From contig JBGARZ010000008.1 in the NCBI GenBank assembly GCA_044229975.1, forward strand, positions 367,408 to 431,407: a stretch of 64,000 nt of DNA, in the 5' to 3' direction. The position numbers were made by a program, and so were the translations under genes. Below are positions 1 through 9,164 of this stretch, piece by piece; position 1 is the stretch's first letter, and each line of letters begins with the position of its first letter. The notes below the pieces were generated by a model. The model ran no database searches. It was not told the DNA's origin and saw only the letters and a list, made by a program, of their open reading frames with translations. Source of the DNA: Polyangiales bacterium (GTDB lineage Bacteria; Myxococcota_A; Polyangia; Polyangiales; Ga0077539).

Positions 1-648
1 TGGACCCTCGTCGCCACCGTCTACAACACCCCCACGACAGACGTCCGCCGCTGGAACACCGACGCCGTCTTCAGCGATGGCAGCACCTTCGGGAGCCTCG
101 CGGCGCGCGACACCGACGACTACAAGAGCGCCGGCTACGCGACGGTGCGGGCCAACGACCTCCTGGTGCTGACCGACGAGTACCACTTCGGGTTTCGCTC
201 GCTGCTCGGCACCACGGCCCTCGGCCCCTACGTGGGCTCGCGGGTGACGTCGATGTGCGCGCAGAGCTGGATCCGTTCGGGGGTCGACTTCGCGTCGTCC
301 AACCTCAGCGCCACCCAGCGGCAGGGGCTCGGCTTCGTGGTGCGCGGCCTCGACTTCAACGGCGGCGGCCCCTCCAACGCCTGCGCCACCACCGGCACCA
401 ACGAGAACAACTTCCTCAGCTTCGCGTCAGGCCCCTCGTGGTGGCTCTTCGGCGTCGGCAACTGCGTGAGCTGCGCCAGCGACTGGACCACCTACGACAA
501 CGGCATGCTCAACCTCGCCACGCTCACCTTCGCCGCGTGCTCGGCGGGCGCGTGGCCCTGCAACGGCAACTCTCTCTACTGGTCCAACGCCGCGTACCCC
601 TCCAGCACCGCGACCAAGACCCGCTACGTGCAGCTCCTGGTGCGCTGA
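1..648 (+). CDS. 5'-truncated secreted protein with fibrinogen/intelectin-like C-terminal domain
   Basis: Frame open from base 1: WTLVATVYN...TFGSLAARDTDDYKSAGYATVRANDLL. This resembles the WTLVA and TFG...DDYK.xGY motifs of intelectin/fibrinogen-like domains. Stop TGA at 646-648. Confidence 0.6.
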   Translation, partial: WTLVATVYNTPTTDVRRWNTDAVFSDGSTFGSLAARDTDDYKSAGYATVRANDLLVLTDEYHFGFRSLLGTTALGPYVGSRVTSMCAQSWIRSGVDFASSNLSATQRQGLGFVVRGLDFNGGGPSNACATTGTNENNFLSFASGPSWWLFGVGNCVSCASDWTTYDNGMLNLATLTFAACSAGAWPCNGNSLYWSNAAYPSSTATKTRYVQLLVR

Positions 649-649
649 C

Positions 650-2581
650 TCACCCCAGCGCCTCGCCCTCGTCCGACCACGCGCTGCACCACGCGTCCGT
701 CGCCTGCGCGTGCTCCAACAGGCCCTTGTAGTACCGGTGACGCGCCATCAGCCCGCCGTCACCCAGCACCAGCAGCCAGCGCTTCGCCCGCGTGAGCGCG
801 ACGTTCATCCGCCGCACGTCGCGCAGGAAGCCGATCTCCCCCTCGTCGTTGCTGCGCACCAGGTCGACCACCATCACCAGCTTCTCGCGGCCCTGGAAGC
901 CGTCGACGCTGCTCACCTCCAGGCCCTCGTCGAGCAGGTCCGTCGCGCGATCACGGATCTCCCTCACCTGCGCCTGGTACGGCGTGATGACCCCGATGTC
1001 CGTCGGCGAGATCCCGCGCGACACCAGCCGTCGCACCTCGGCCACCGCGCGCTCCGCGTTGCCCGGGTTGCGCGTGCTCGGGTCTTCGCCCTCCCGAACC
1101 TCCTCCCACCCACGCCCCACCGCGTCGAGCAGCACGAAGGGCCCCGGTCGCGCCGGGTCTTCCCTCGCTCCGACGTCACTCAGCAACGCGTGCGCGACCC
1201 ACGGCGCGGCCCGCAGCTCACCGCCGTACGTAGCAGCGTTGGGGTACGCCATCAGCGCCTCGTGCATCCGGTGCTGCACCCGCAGCAGCGTCACCAGCGA
1301 GCGTGAGTGAGGACCCGCCGCGAGGCGCTCGAAGAAGGTCTCGGCGAGCCCGAGCTTCTCGGCCTCCTCACCGATGACCGTCGGCGGGAGCTGGTGCGGA
1401 TCACCCGCGAGCACCGCGATGGGCGCGTGCTGTAGCGCGACGAGCGCGATGGGGTCGGGCGCCTGCGTCGCCTCGTCGAGCACCACGCGGTCGAAGCGAA
1501 GGCTCGCGATCTGCCACGACTCTGATCCGGCGGCGGTGACGGCGATGACCTCCGCGCCGTCGAGGATGCCCGCCTGCGCGTCGCGGGTCGCCCGGCGTGC
1601 GCTCGCGAAGAGGCCGCCCACCTCGGCCCGAACATCACGGCGCTCCTGGCCAGTGGCCGCGTTGCGCTTCTCGCGCTGACGGAGGCGCTGGCGGAGGGAC
1701 TCGGCCTCGCGGATCCAGTCGCGCGCGAGGCGCGAGGCGTCGCTCGCTTCGAGGAGCGCGTCGAGGGTGTGCGCTTCCATCTCTGGAGAGACGCGCGCGG
1801 GGTGGCCGATGCGCACGAGACGAACGCCCGCGAGCACGAGCCGCTCGGCGAGGTTGTCGACGGCGGTGTGGCTGGCGGCGGTGACCAGCACCCGCTCACC
1901 CCGCGCCACGGCCTGCCGAACGATCTCCGCGAGGGTGCGGGTCTTGCCGGTTCCGGGTGGGCCGAGGACGAGGGAGAGGTCGCGGCCGAGGGCGCGCTGC
2001 ACGGCGGTGCGCTGGTCGTCTTCGAGCGCGTCGTCGAACCACTCGGTGACGGCCACGGCCGACTCATTGGGCGGCGGAGGAGAGACGCCGAAGAGGACGT
2101 TGAGGTGCTGCCACGCGACGCTGCCGGGGGTCTCGGCGGCGGCGGCGTCGAGGGCAGCGCGGCCGCGGTTGTAGGTGACGTCGGAGGCTTCGGCGTCGAG
2201 GCGCCAGCCAGGTTCCCAGAGGTCGTCGGCGTCGGAGTCGGCGATCATCACGCCGACGCGGTCGGGGCTGCGGCGAGCCATCACGCCGCGGATGGCGCCG
2301 GGCTCGTCGGGCTGCGCGCGCCACAGGATGACGGGGTCGCCGGGGCCGAGGCGCAGGTCGCGGAGGTTGGCGCCGCGCTCGGGGCGAAACCACAGGAGCA
2401 GGCGCTCACCGGGCGCGGGGAGGGCTTCATCGAGGGAGAGGTTGCGCAGCGCGAGGCGGGCCTCGACGCGGTCGGCGATGGTGGTCGAAGCGCGCTCGGC
2501 GGCGAAGCGTTCGCGGACGGCGTCGCGCTCGGCGGACCACGCGCGTTGCAGACGGGAGAGGTGGGAGGAGAGGTCGCTCAC
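650..2581 (-). CDS. Superfamily 1 helicase, Upf1/IGHMBP2-like (AAA_11/AAA_12)
   Basis: GPPGTGKT Walker A, LDEATQ, GDPHQLPP, QHRMH, ITPY, VDGFQGREK and RMNVALTRAK motifs. Confidence 0.92.
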   Translation of the reverse strand: MSDLSSHLSRLQRAWSAERDAVRERFAAERASTTIADRVEARLALRNLSLDEALPAPGERLLLWFRPERGANLRDLRLGPGDPVILWRAQPDEPGAIRGVMARRSPDRVGVMIADSDADDLWEPGWRLDAEASDVTYNRGRAALDAAAAETPGSVAWQHLNVLFGVSPPPPNESAVAVTEWFDDALEDDQRTAVQRALGRDLSLVLGPPGTGKTRTLAEIVRQAVARGERVLVTAASHTAVDNLAERLVLAGVRLVRIGHPARVSPEMEAHTLDALLEASDASRLARDWIREAESLRQRLRQREKRNAATGQERRDVRAEVGGLFASARRATRDAQAGILDGAEVIAVTAAGSESWQIASLRFDRVVLDEATQAPDPIALVALQHAPIAVLAGDPHQLPPTVIGEEAEKLGLAETFFERLAAGPHSRSLVTLLRVQHRMHEALMAYPNAATYGGELRAAPWVAHALLSDVGAREDPARPGPFVLLDAVGRGWEEVREGEDPSTRNPGNAERAVAEVRRLVSRGISPTDIGVITPYQAQVREIRDRATDLLDEGLEVSSVDGFQGREKLVMVVDLVRSNDEGEIGFLRDVRRMNVALTRAKRWLLVLGDGGLMARHRYYKGLLEHAQATDAWCSAWSDEGEALG

Positions 2582-2614
2582 GGCGTGCGCAGGGTAGCGC
2601 GAGGCAGTGGGTGC

Positions 2615-2782
2615 GGGGCGCTACTCGTCGGACGAGTGAGCGCGCGAGACGGCTCCGGGGCGTCACTCGTCGGACGAGTGAGCGCGCCAGACGGCTCCAG
2701 GGCGCTACTCGTCGGAAGAGTGGGCTCCCGGGACGCCTCGGGGGCGCTACTCGTCGGACGAGTGAGCACGCCAGACGGCTCC
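2615..2782. repeat. Four tandem 42-bp palindromic repeats
   Basis: Units start at 2615, 2657, 2699 and 2741. Consensus GGGGCGCTACTCGTCGGACGAGTGAGCGCGCCAGACGGCTCC, with internal inverted repeat ACTCGTC-G-GACGAGT. Unit 3 is degenerate. Confidence 0.9.
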
Positions 2783-2921
2783 GGGGCCTTCCTCCGACGA
2801 CCGCCCACGCCCGCGGCGGCCGATCGGCGCGAGGCAGGGACGGCTTCTTCGGGAGCTTCGGGGAGGGCATCATGACGCCGATGATCGTCCGAAGCGCCTG
2901 ACCCGTCGTATCGTCGGCGCC

Positions 2922-4106
2922 ATGAGCCCGCGTCCTGGTCGACCGCTTCTGTCCGTCGCGCTGCTGCTCCTCGCGGGCTGTGCCAACACCGTCGAGGACG
3001 AGCCCGACGCGGTGGTCGAAGACGACGTCGTGAGCGAAGAAGACGTCCCCAAGGAAGACGTCACCTTCCCGACCTTCCCCGACCGCGGCTTCCCCACCGA
3101 CAACCCTCCCGTCGACACCGGCGCCCGCGACGCTGGCGCACCCGACCGCGCCGACGTCCCCGCCGCCGACGTGCGACCCGACGTGCCCATGGACGTCCCC
3201 GTCGACGTGCGACCCGACGTGCCGATGGATGTCCCGATGGACGTCCGGCCCGATGTCCCGATGGACGTTGACGTGGACGTGCGACCCGACGTGCCCATGG
3301 ACGTTGCGGTCGATGTACGGCCCGACGTCGTGCTCGCCGACGTGGTCACGGCCGACGTCGTCACGGCCGACTGGTCGACCCGCGCCAACGATCGCCAGTG
3401 CGCCGACCCCGGTGTGCTCGGGTCGCGCCGCGCGTTTCGCTGCCCACCGGGCGGAACCATCGCGACCATCTGGGGCACCGACGAGTACACGCACGACTCG
3501 CCCGTCTGCGTCGCGGCCGTCCACGCCGGGCGCATCACCCTCGCGGGCGGCGGCGACATCACCATCGAAATGCACCCCGGCCGCGACTCGTACGCAGCGA
3601 GCACCCGCAACGGCGTGACGTCCTCTTCCTATCCCGCGTGGTCGTGCTCGTATGCGGTGATCGCCTCCGCGTGCCCGACGGGCCAGACCGAGTGCGGCAC
3701 GACCTGCGTCGACACCCGCTCCAGCGTCTCGCACTGCGGCGCCTGCGGTCGCGCGTGTGCCACCGGAGAGACCTGCGAGTCAGGCGTCTGCGCTCCGCCC
3801 GCGACCCCATGGAACACCACCGCCCAGGGCGTTCACGAGTGCACCACCACCGGGGTCATCGGGTCGCGCTACGTCTACCGCTGCGCGCCCGGCGGCACCC
3901 TGGGCCTCGTCTGGGGAACGGACGTCTACACCCACGACTCGTCCATCTGCACCGCGGCCCTCCACGCGGCGCGCATCACCCAGCCCGCAGGCGGCGTGGT
4001 CACCATCCAGATGGCGCCCGCCCAGGACAGCTACGCCGCCTCCACCCGCAACGGCGTCACGTCGAACTCGTATGGACCCTGGGGCTGCTCGTTCTTCTTC
4101 CCGTAG
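2922..4106 (+). CDS. Lipoprotein with DVRPDVPM low-complexity linker, two LCCL domains and a Cys-rich module
   Basis: Lipobox LLAGC. WGTDEYTHDSPVCVAAVHAG and WGTDVYTHDSSICTAALHAA are LCCL signatures. DV(R/P)(P/M) repeats at about 3167-3365. Confidence 0.85.
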   Translation: MSPRPGRPLLSVALLLLAGCANTVEDEPDAVVEDDVVSEEDVPKEDVTFPTFPDRGFPTDNPPVDTGARDAGAPDRADVPAADVRPDVPMDVPVDVRPDVPMDVPMDVRPDVPMDVDVDVRPDVPMDVAVDVRPDVVLADVVTADVVTADWSTRANDRQCADPGVLGSRRAFRCPPGGTIATIWGTDEYTHDSPVCVAAVHAGRITLAGGGDITIEMHPGRDSYAASTRNGVTSSSYPAWSCSYAVIASACPTGQTECGTTCVDTRSSVSHCGACGRACATGETCESGVCAPPATPWNTTAQGVHECTTTGVIGSRYVYRCAPGGTLGLVWGTDVYTHDSSICTAALHAARITQPAGGVVTIQMAPAQDSYAASTRNGVTSNSYGPWGCSFFFP

Positions 4107-5616
4107 GCGCGGCGTCGTCGCGGCCCTCGCGCTCGCGGCCCTCACCGCAAGCTGCGAGACGCCCGCCACCAACGTGCTCGTCGTCGTCGGAACCGACCTC
4201 GACCCCGCCCTCCCGCTCACCGTCACCGCCCGCCTGACCCGCGGCTCCGACGGTGGCGAAGGCCGCCTCGCCGGACCATGGACCCGCGTCTCCCCCGACG
4301 CCGGCGACCTCGACGGCGGCGTCACGCTCCCGCTCTCCTTCGGCGTCGTCCCCGGAGAGAACTCTCTCGACGAGCCCGTGAGCGTTCTTGTCGAGGGCGT
4401 CGTCGGCGACGTCACATTGCGTCGGCGCGCGTCGTTCGTCTTCGTCTCGCGGCGCACCGGGGTGCTGCGGGTGTTTCTCACGCAGCGCTGCGCCGAACCC
4501 GCGGACGGCTGCGTCGAGCCCGTGCGCTGCACCGTCCAACAACGCTGCGAAGAGCAGGGCCTCACCTGCGGCAACGACGGAACCTGCGTCGACGTGCGCG
4601 TCCCGCTCTCCGACGACCGCGACGCGTCCTTCGGCGACATCGTCCCCGGCGAGGCGTGCGGCGGATACGGTCAGCGCTGCTGCACCGTCGGCCCCGGATG
4701 CACCGCGCCCAACGCCTGCGTCGCGGGCACCTGCCGTCGTTGCACCGACCCCGCGCAGCTCTGCTGCGACGGCCCCGCGCTGCGCCCCAACGGGGCCACC
4801 TGCGCGCCCACCGACGACCCCTGCCAGACCGCGGGCACCTGCGCCGACGGCGTCTGCGGCGCCCGTCGCAACGCCCCCGACGGAACCTCCTGCGGAACCG
4901 CCGCGAACCCCTGCCAGCAGGCGCCCGTGTGCATGTCCGGCGCGTGCGTTCGTCGCAACACGCCCGACGGAACCTCCTGCGGCGCTTCCCCCGGCGCATG
5001 CCGCGAGGCACCCGTGTGCATGGGCGGCGCGTGTCAGCCCGCGCAACCCGTCGCCGACAACACGGTCTGCGGCGCGGCCTCCGACGTCTGCCATCTGACC
5101 AGCGTCTGCCGCGCGGGCGCGTGCACCGAGCGCGATGCGCCCACGGGCACCGTTTGCGCCGCCGCCACGGGTCCATGCGTGCGCGCTCGCACCTGCGCAG
5201 GTGGCGCGTGTCAGGCCGCGGCAGCCGTCCCCAACGGGACGGTGTGCGAAGGCGCGCGCAACCCCTGCGAAGGCGCAGCGACGTGCGCGAGCGGTCGCTG
5301 CGGCGGCCACGCGGCGCTCCCCGACGGAACCCCCTGGGGAGCCGGCGGCGTCAACCGCTGCTGCGGCGGGAGCGCGGTGCAGGTCAACACCGGCGGCCGT
5401 TGTGGCGGCTGCGGCATCGTGTGTCGCAGCGGGACATGCCGTGCGGCGCTCGGGCAGTTCTATTGTGCGTGCTCGTCCAACGCGCAGTGCGCGCCGGGCA
5501 TCTGTCGCACGCAGTCACCCAACGCCAACCTCTGCGCGTGCGAGAACACCGCCGACTGCCCCGCGGGCATGCGCTGCGTCGACGTGAGCTTCAATCCGAA
5601 CTACTGCACCTACTGA
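4072..5616 (+). CDS. Cys-rich repeat lipoprotein
   Basis: ATG 4072 gives MDPGAARSSSRRRGVVAALALAALTASC (lipobox). N-terminal domain is followed by about six PDGTxC...C..GAC repeats. Start codon is uncertain. Confidence 0.8.
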   Translation: MDPGAARSSSRRRGVVAALALAALTASCETPATNVLVVVGTDLDPALPLTVTARLTRGSDGGEGRLAGPWTRVSPDAGDLDGGVTLPLSFGVVPGENSLDEPVSVLVEGVVGDVTLRRRASFVFVSRRTGVLRVFLTQRCAEPADGCVEPVRCTVQQRCEEQGLTCGNDGTCVDVRVPLSDDRDASFGDIVPGEACGGYGQRCCTVGPGCTAPNACVAGTCRRCTDPAQLCCDGPALRPNGATCAPTDDPCQTAGTCADGVCGARRNAPDGTSCGTAANPCQQAPVCMSGACVRRNTPDGTSCGASPGACREAPVCMGGACQPAQPVADNTVCGAASDVCHLTSVCRAGACTERDAPTGTVCAAATGPCVRARTCAGGACQAAAAVPNGTVCEGARNPCEGAATCASGRCGGHAALPDGTPWGAGGVNRCCGGSAVQVNTGGRCGGCGIVCRSGTCRAALGQFYCACSSNAQCAPGICRTQSPNANLCACENTADCPAGMRCVDVSFNPNYCTY

Positions 5617-5637
5617 CCCGATGGGCCATCCCCACGA

Positions 5638-5795
5638 CATCGCTCACGCCCTCCCAATGCGCCCTCACCCGAAGCGAAGCGGAGGGGCGCGACGCTCACC
5701 TTTTCAGTCACCTTCTGGAGCGCGCTCGGATACCCAACAGTCGCGCCCCTCCGCTTCGCTCCGGGTGAGGGCGCATTGGGGTGACGTGAGCGATG
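5638..5795. repeat. Long palindromic element (REPIN/MITE-like), 56-bp arms
   Basis: 5638-5693 is the reverse complement of 5740-5795 with about 4 mismatches, around a 46-bp unique spacer. Confidence 0.9.
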
Positions 5796-5814
5796 CCACG
5801 CCGCGGGGTGACCG

Positions 5815-7296
5815 ATGAGCGTCGACCCCACCGCTCCGTTCACGGTCTCGGCGAAGTCGGCCACGACGGTGTACCGCTCCGTGCGCAAGATCGCGTCGGG
5901 CGGCATGGGCTCGGTCGAGCTCGCGGTCGCGGCCAGCGGTCGCTCGCTCGGGCGCATGGTCGCGGTGAAGCGACTGCACCCGCACCTGGAGGAGGACGAG
6001 CGCTTCCTGCACATGTTCTTCGATGAGCTCGCGATCACGGCGAGCCTGCACCACCCGCACATCGTGGAGATCGTCGACTGGGGCAAGGACGACCTCGGGC
6101 ACTTCCTGGTGCTGGAGTACGTGCCGGGCGACTCGCTCTTCGCGCTCGCGCGGGACGCCCAGAAGCGCCGCGTCCCCTTCCCGGTGGGCCTCGCGCTGTA
6201 CGTCGTGGCGCGCACCGCCGAGGGCCTGCACGCCGCCCACGAGCTGCGCGACGAGCGCGGCGAGTCCCGCCACCTGGTGCACCGCGACGTGAGCCACTCC
6301 AACGTGCTCGTGGGCATCCACGGCCAGGTGACGCTCATCGACTTCGGCGTCGCCAAGGCGCGCGACAACCTCACCCACACCGCCGTCGGAACCGTCAAAG
6401 GCAAGCTCGGCTACCTCTCGCCCGAGCAGTACCGGGCAGAGTCCGTCGACCGCCGCTCCGACCTCTTCTCCCTCGGCGTCGTGCTGTGGGAGCTGCTCTC
6501 GGGCCAGCGGCTCTTCCACGGCGCGACCGAGTGGGAGGGCATGCGGCGCACGCTCGAACACGAGCCCACCGCGCTGCACACCGAGCGGCCTGAAGTGCCC
6601 GCGGCGGTCGACCGTGTCCTCGCCCGCGCGCTCGCGAAGAGCCGCGACGACCGCATGGCGACGTGCCAGGAGTTCGCCGACGCCCTCGACGCCATCGCCC
6701 GCGACGCGGGCCTCGACGCCAACGAAGACGCCCTCGCCCGCTACTTCCGCGAGGCGCTCCCCGCGCGTGTCGACGAGCTCGAACGCCTCATGATCGTCGC
6801 CCAGGCCAGCGTCGAGGAGGCCACCGCCATCCACCGCGACCTCCCGGTGCTGCCGCTCACCGTCATCACCGCGCGCCCCACGGCCCCGTCGCTCGCGCCC
6901 GTTCTCGCCGCTCCGTCTCCGCCGCGCCGCGTGTGGTGGCCCGTCGCGCTCGCGGCCGTCGTCGCGATGGTCGCCGGTCTCACCGCGCTCGCCCTCCGCC
7001 GACCCTCGGCGCCGCCGCCGGTCGTCATCGACACGGTCCACCCGGTCGCGCTCCCGGTCGAACCCGCGCGCCCGGTTGCACCTCCTGCTCCGCCTCTTCC
7101 TGCGCCCGTGATCTTCGTCCCACCACCGGTCGCACCCGAGCACCGTGACCCGCCTCATCACGGCCCCGCGCGACGCCACGCCGCGCCCGCCTCACCGACG
7201 GCGCCACCACCGCCCGCCGCGCCTCCGGTCGTGCGCCCGGTTGCGCCGACGCCTGCGCCCGCCAGCAACCACCCGCAGCTCGACACCCATTGGTGA
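5815..7296 (+). CDS. Membrane-anchored Hanks-type Ser/Thr protein kinase
   Basis: IASGGMGSV, VAVKRL, HRDVSHSN, DFGVAK, YLSPEQ and DLFSLG motifs. TM helix followed by a Pro-rich tail. Confidence 0.95.
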   Translation: MSVDPTAPFTVSAKSATTVYRSVRKIASGGMGSVELAVAASGRSLGRMVAVKRLHPHLEEDERFLHMFFDELAITASLHHPHIVEIVDWGKDDLGHFLVLEYVPGDSLFALARDAQKRRVPFPVGLALYVVARTAEGLHAAHELRDERGESRHLVHRDVSHSNVLVGIHGQVTLIDFGVAKARDNLTHTAVGTVKGKLGYLSPEQYRAESVDRRSDLFSLGVVLWELLSGQRLFHGATEWEGMRRTLEHEPTALHTERPEVPAAVDRVLARALAKSRDDRMATCQEFADALDAIARDAGLDANEDALARYFREALPARVDELERLMIVAQASVEEATAIHRDLPVLPLTVITARPTAPSLAPVLAAPSPPRRVWWPVALAAVVAMVAGLTALALRRPSAPPPVVIDTVHPVALPVEPARPVAPPAPPLPAPVIFVPPPVAPEHRDPPHHGPARRHAAPASPTAPPPPAAPPVVRPVAPTPAPASNHPQLDTHW

Positions 7297-7337
7297 TGAC
7301 GGCCCTCGCGCGCCGCCGATACACTCCGACCTCGCGC

Positions 7338-8066
7338 ATGAGCTTCCGTTCGCCGTGTTTCGCCGCGCTCGCGCTCACCCTCTTCGCGGGTGCGTCCTCC
7401 GCGCAGACCCTCGACGCACGAACGTTGATGGGCGCGCAGGTCGCCCCACCGTCGGGCGACGAGGGCGCGGGGCGGGCGGCCTTCGAGCGAGGCGTGGGCC
7501 TGGCCGAGCAGCTCCAGTGGTCGGCGGCGGCTGAGTCCTTCGAGGAGAGCTATCGGCTCTATCCGCGCGTCGCCACGCTGCGCAACCTCGGGCTCGCACA
7601 CCGTGCGCTCGGGCGCTTCACGAGCGCGATCGATGAGCTCGGGAGGTTCTTGTCCGAGGGGCGTCCGCCGGAGGGCGTGCGCCAGCAGCTCCAGGGGCTC
7701 ATCGACGACATGCGGGTGCAGCTCGCGACGCTCACGGTGATCCCGTCGGTGGAGGGCGCGTCGCTGGTCCTCGACGGGGCGCCGCTTCGTGCGCGGGAGC
7801 CTCGCTCGACCGACCCGGGCGACCACGTGCTCGAAGCGACCGCCGAGGGATACAACCCCAACGCGCAGACGCTGCGACTCGCGCGCGGTGAGCGCCGTGA
7901 GCTCGCCGTCACGTTGCAGCGCAACAGCGGTGGCATCGCGACGCGCTGGTGGTTCTGGACCATCATCGGTGTCGCGGTGGCCGGGGCCACGACCGCGGCG
8001 GTGTTGCTGCTCTCCGAGGAGACGCCGCCCGACTGCGGAACGCTGCAACTGTGCTTGTCGCCGTGA
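7338..8066 (+). CDS. Secreted TPR + PEGA domain protein with C-terminal TM
   Basis: Signal peptide ending ASSA-Q, TPR-like AFERG...NLGLAHRALGR, PEGA-like GASLVLDG...PGDHVLEATAEGY, and WWFWT TM. Alternative start at 7290. Confidence 0.82.
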   Translation: MSFRSPCFAALALTLFAGASSAQTLDARTLMGAQVAPPSGDEGAGRAAFERGVGLAEQLQWSAAAESFEESYRLYPRVATLRNLGLAHRALGRFTSAIDELGRFLSEGRPPEGVRQQLQGLIDDMRVQLATLTVIPSVEGASLVLDGAPLRAREPRSTDPGDHVLEATAEGYNPNAQTLRLARGERRELAVTLQRNSGGIATRWWFWTIIGVAVAGATTAAVLLLSEETPPDCGTLQLCLSP

Positions 8067-8827
8067 GGGTCGTCGCAGACCTCACCCCCCAACCCCCTCT
8101 CCGTGGACCCTCGCTGCGCTCGGGCTCGGCCGGAGAGGGGGAGCCAAGAGGGATGCTGACTGTCACCCATCACCCGAACAGGGATGTTCACTGCCTCCGG
8201 CTCCCCCTCTCCGGCCGAGCCCGAGCGCAGCGAGGGTCCACGGAGAGGGGGCTGGGGGGTGAGGTTCCCGCGCTGCTCCTCCTTCTCCTCGTCGCCGCGT
8301 GCTCGTCGCCGCTGCCGTCGGCGGTGGTCACCCTCGGCACCGACCTCCCCGCCTGTCGCCTGCCCGCGGTGCGCCTTCGCTGCGCCTACGACTGGGACGG
8401 AACCTCCCCCCGCGACACCTCTTCCTGCGAGCAGCAACTCTTCCGCGGCGCCTCCCTCGCCGAGGTGCGCCTGCCCGCGTCCTTCGGCCTGCGCGCCGAC
8501 GGCACCGGCCGCGCACTCACCCTGGTCGTCGACGACGGCAGCCCGTCACCTGCGCTCCGCCGCACCGCGCGCATGATCCTTCCGTCCGAAGGCACCGCGC
8601 GCGTCACCGTTCTTCTCCGCGCCGCCTGTCAGGAGCCGCTCACCGCGTCCGCCGACCGCCCCTGCCCCGCGGGTGCATCGCGCTGCACGCTGAGCCAGTC
8701 GTGCGAGCAGCGCGGGCTCACCTGCGGCGACGACGCAACGTGCCGACCCGTCGACCTCACCGCCGCCGAGCTCTCCTCGTCCGTCGATGCCTCGGTGCCC
8801 GAGGTGACGGGTCTCTGCCGCCCCTAG
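8063..8827 (+). CDS. Lipoprotein paralogous to the N-terminal domain of 4072-5616, carrying a palindromic insertion
   Basis: GTG 8063 overlaps the upstream TGA. Lipobox LLVAAC. Shares GTDL, LPxSFG, LRR.A and C(T)xxQxCExxGLTCG.D.TC with 4072-5616. Confidence 0.65.
   Translation: MRVVADLTPQPPLRGPSLRSGSAGEGEPRGMLTVTHHPNRDVHCLRLPLSGRARAQRGSTERGLGGEVPALLLLLLVAACSSPLPSAVVTLGTDLPACRLPAVRLRCAYDWDGTSPRDTSSCEQQLFRGASLAEVRLPASFGLRADGTGRALTLVVDDGSPSPALRRTARMILPSEGTARVTVLLRAACQEPLTASADRPCPAGASRCTLSQSCEQRGLTCGDDATCRPVDLTAAELSSSVDASVPEVTGLCRP
8079..8265. repeat. Long palindromic element, 67-bp arms, lying within the 5' end of a CDS
   Basis: ACCTCACCCCCCAACCCCCTCTCCG...GGGGAGCC (8079-8145) is inverted at 8199-8265 with 1 mismatch. 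Each arm has its own CCCCTCTCCG/CGGAGAGGGG hairpin. Confidence 0.92.
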
Positions 8828-8864
8828 AACACCTTCGGTAGGATTGGTCCCCACGGAGGCGACG

Positions 8865-9164
8865 ATGGAGCGAGTGAAGACGGCGGGCGCGGTGGTGCTT
8901 GTTGGGGTGCTGCTGCACCTCGGGTTGGCAGCGAGCAACGTGAACACCTTCAGTCCGCGACCGGCCCTCGCACAGGTCGCGGGGACGACGGCTCCGCGGG
9001 CCATCGGCATGCCGCAGTGCACCCGCTGGGAGATGCAGCTCTCGGGTGACCTGAACGGCGCCGTGATCCCCGTGTCGAGCGAGATGGAGCCCGTCGGGGT
9101 GGCCTACGACTCGCGCGCCGGCACCACGCGAGCGCTGCTGCGCCGCTGCACCTCGCGGCTCTGA
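8865..9164 (+). CDS. Small secreted hypothetical protein
   Basis: GGAGG Shine-Dalgarno before ATG 8865, hydrophobic N-terminus ending PALA-Q, two Cys. Confidence 0.6.
   Translation: MERVKTAGAVVLVGVLLHLGLAASNVNTFSPRPALAQVAGTTAPRAIGMPQCTRWEMQLSGDLNGAVIPVSSEMEPVGVAYDSRAGTTRALLRRCTSRL

Noticed and set aside
2615..2782. CRISPR array
   Set aside because: The repeats are contiguous with no unique spacers, and no cas genes are in the window.
2790..2875. Small minus-strand gene MMPSPKLPKKPS...
   Set aside because: No recognisable domain, and the frame runs into the tandem repeats and the helicase gene.
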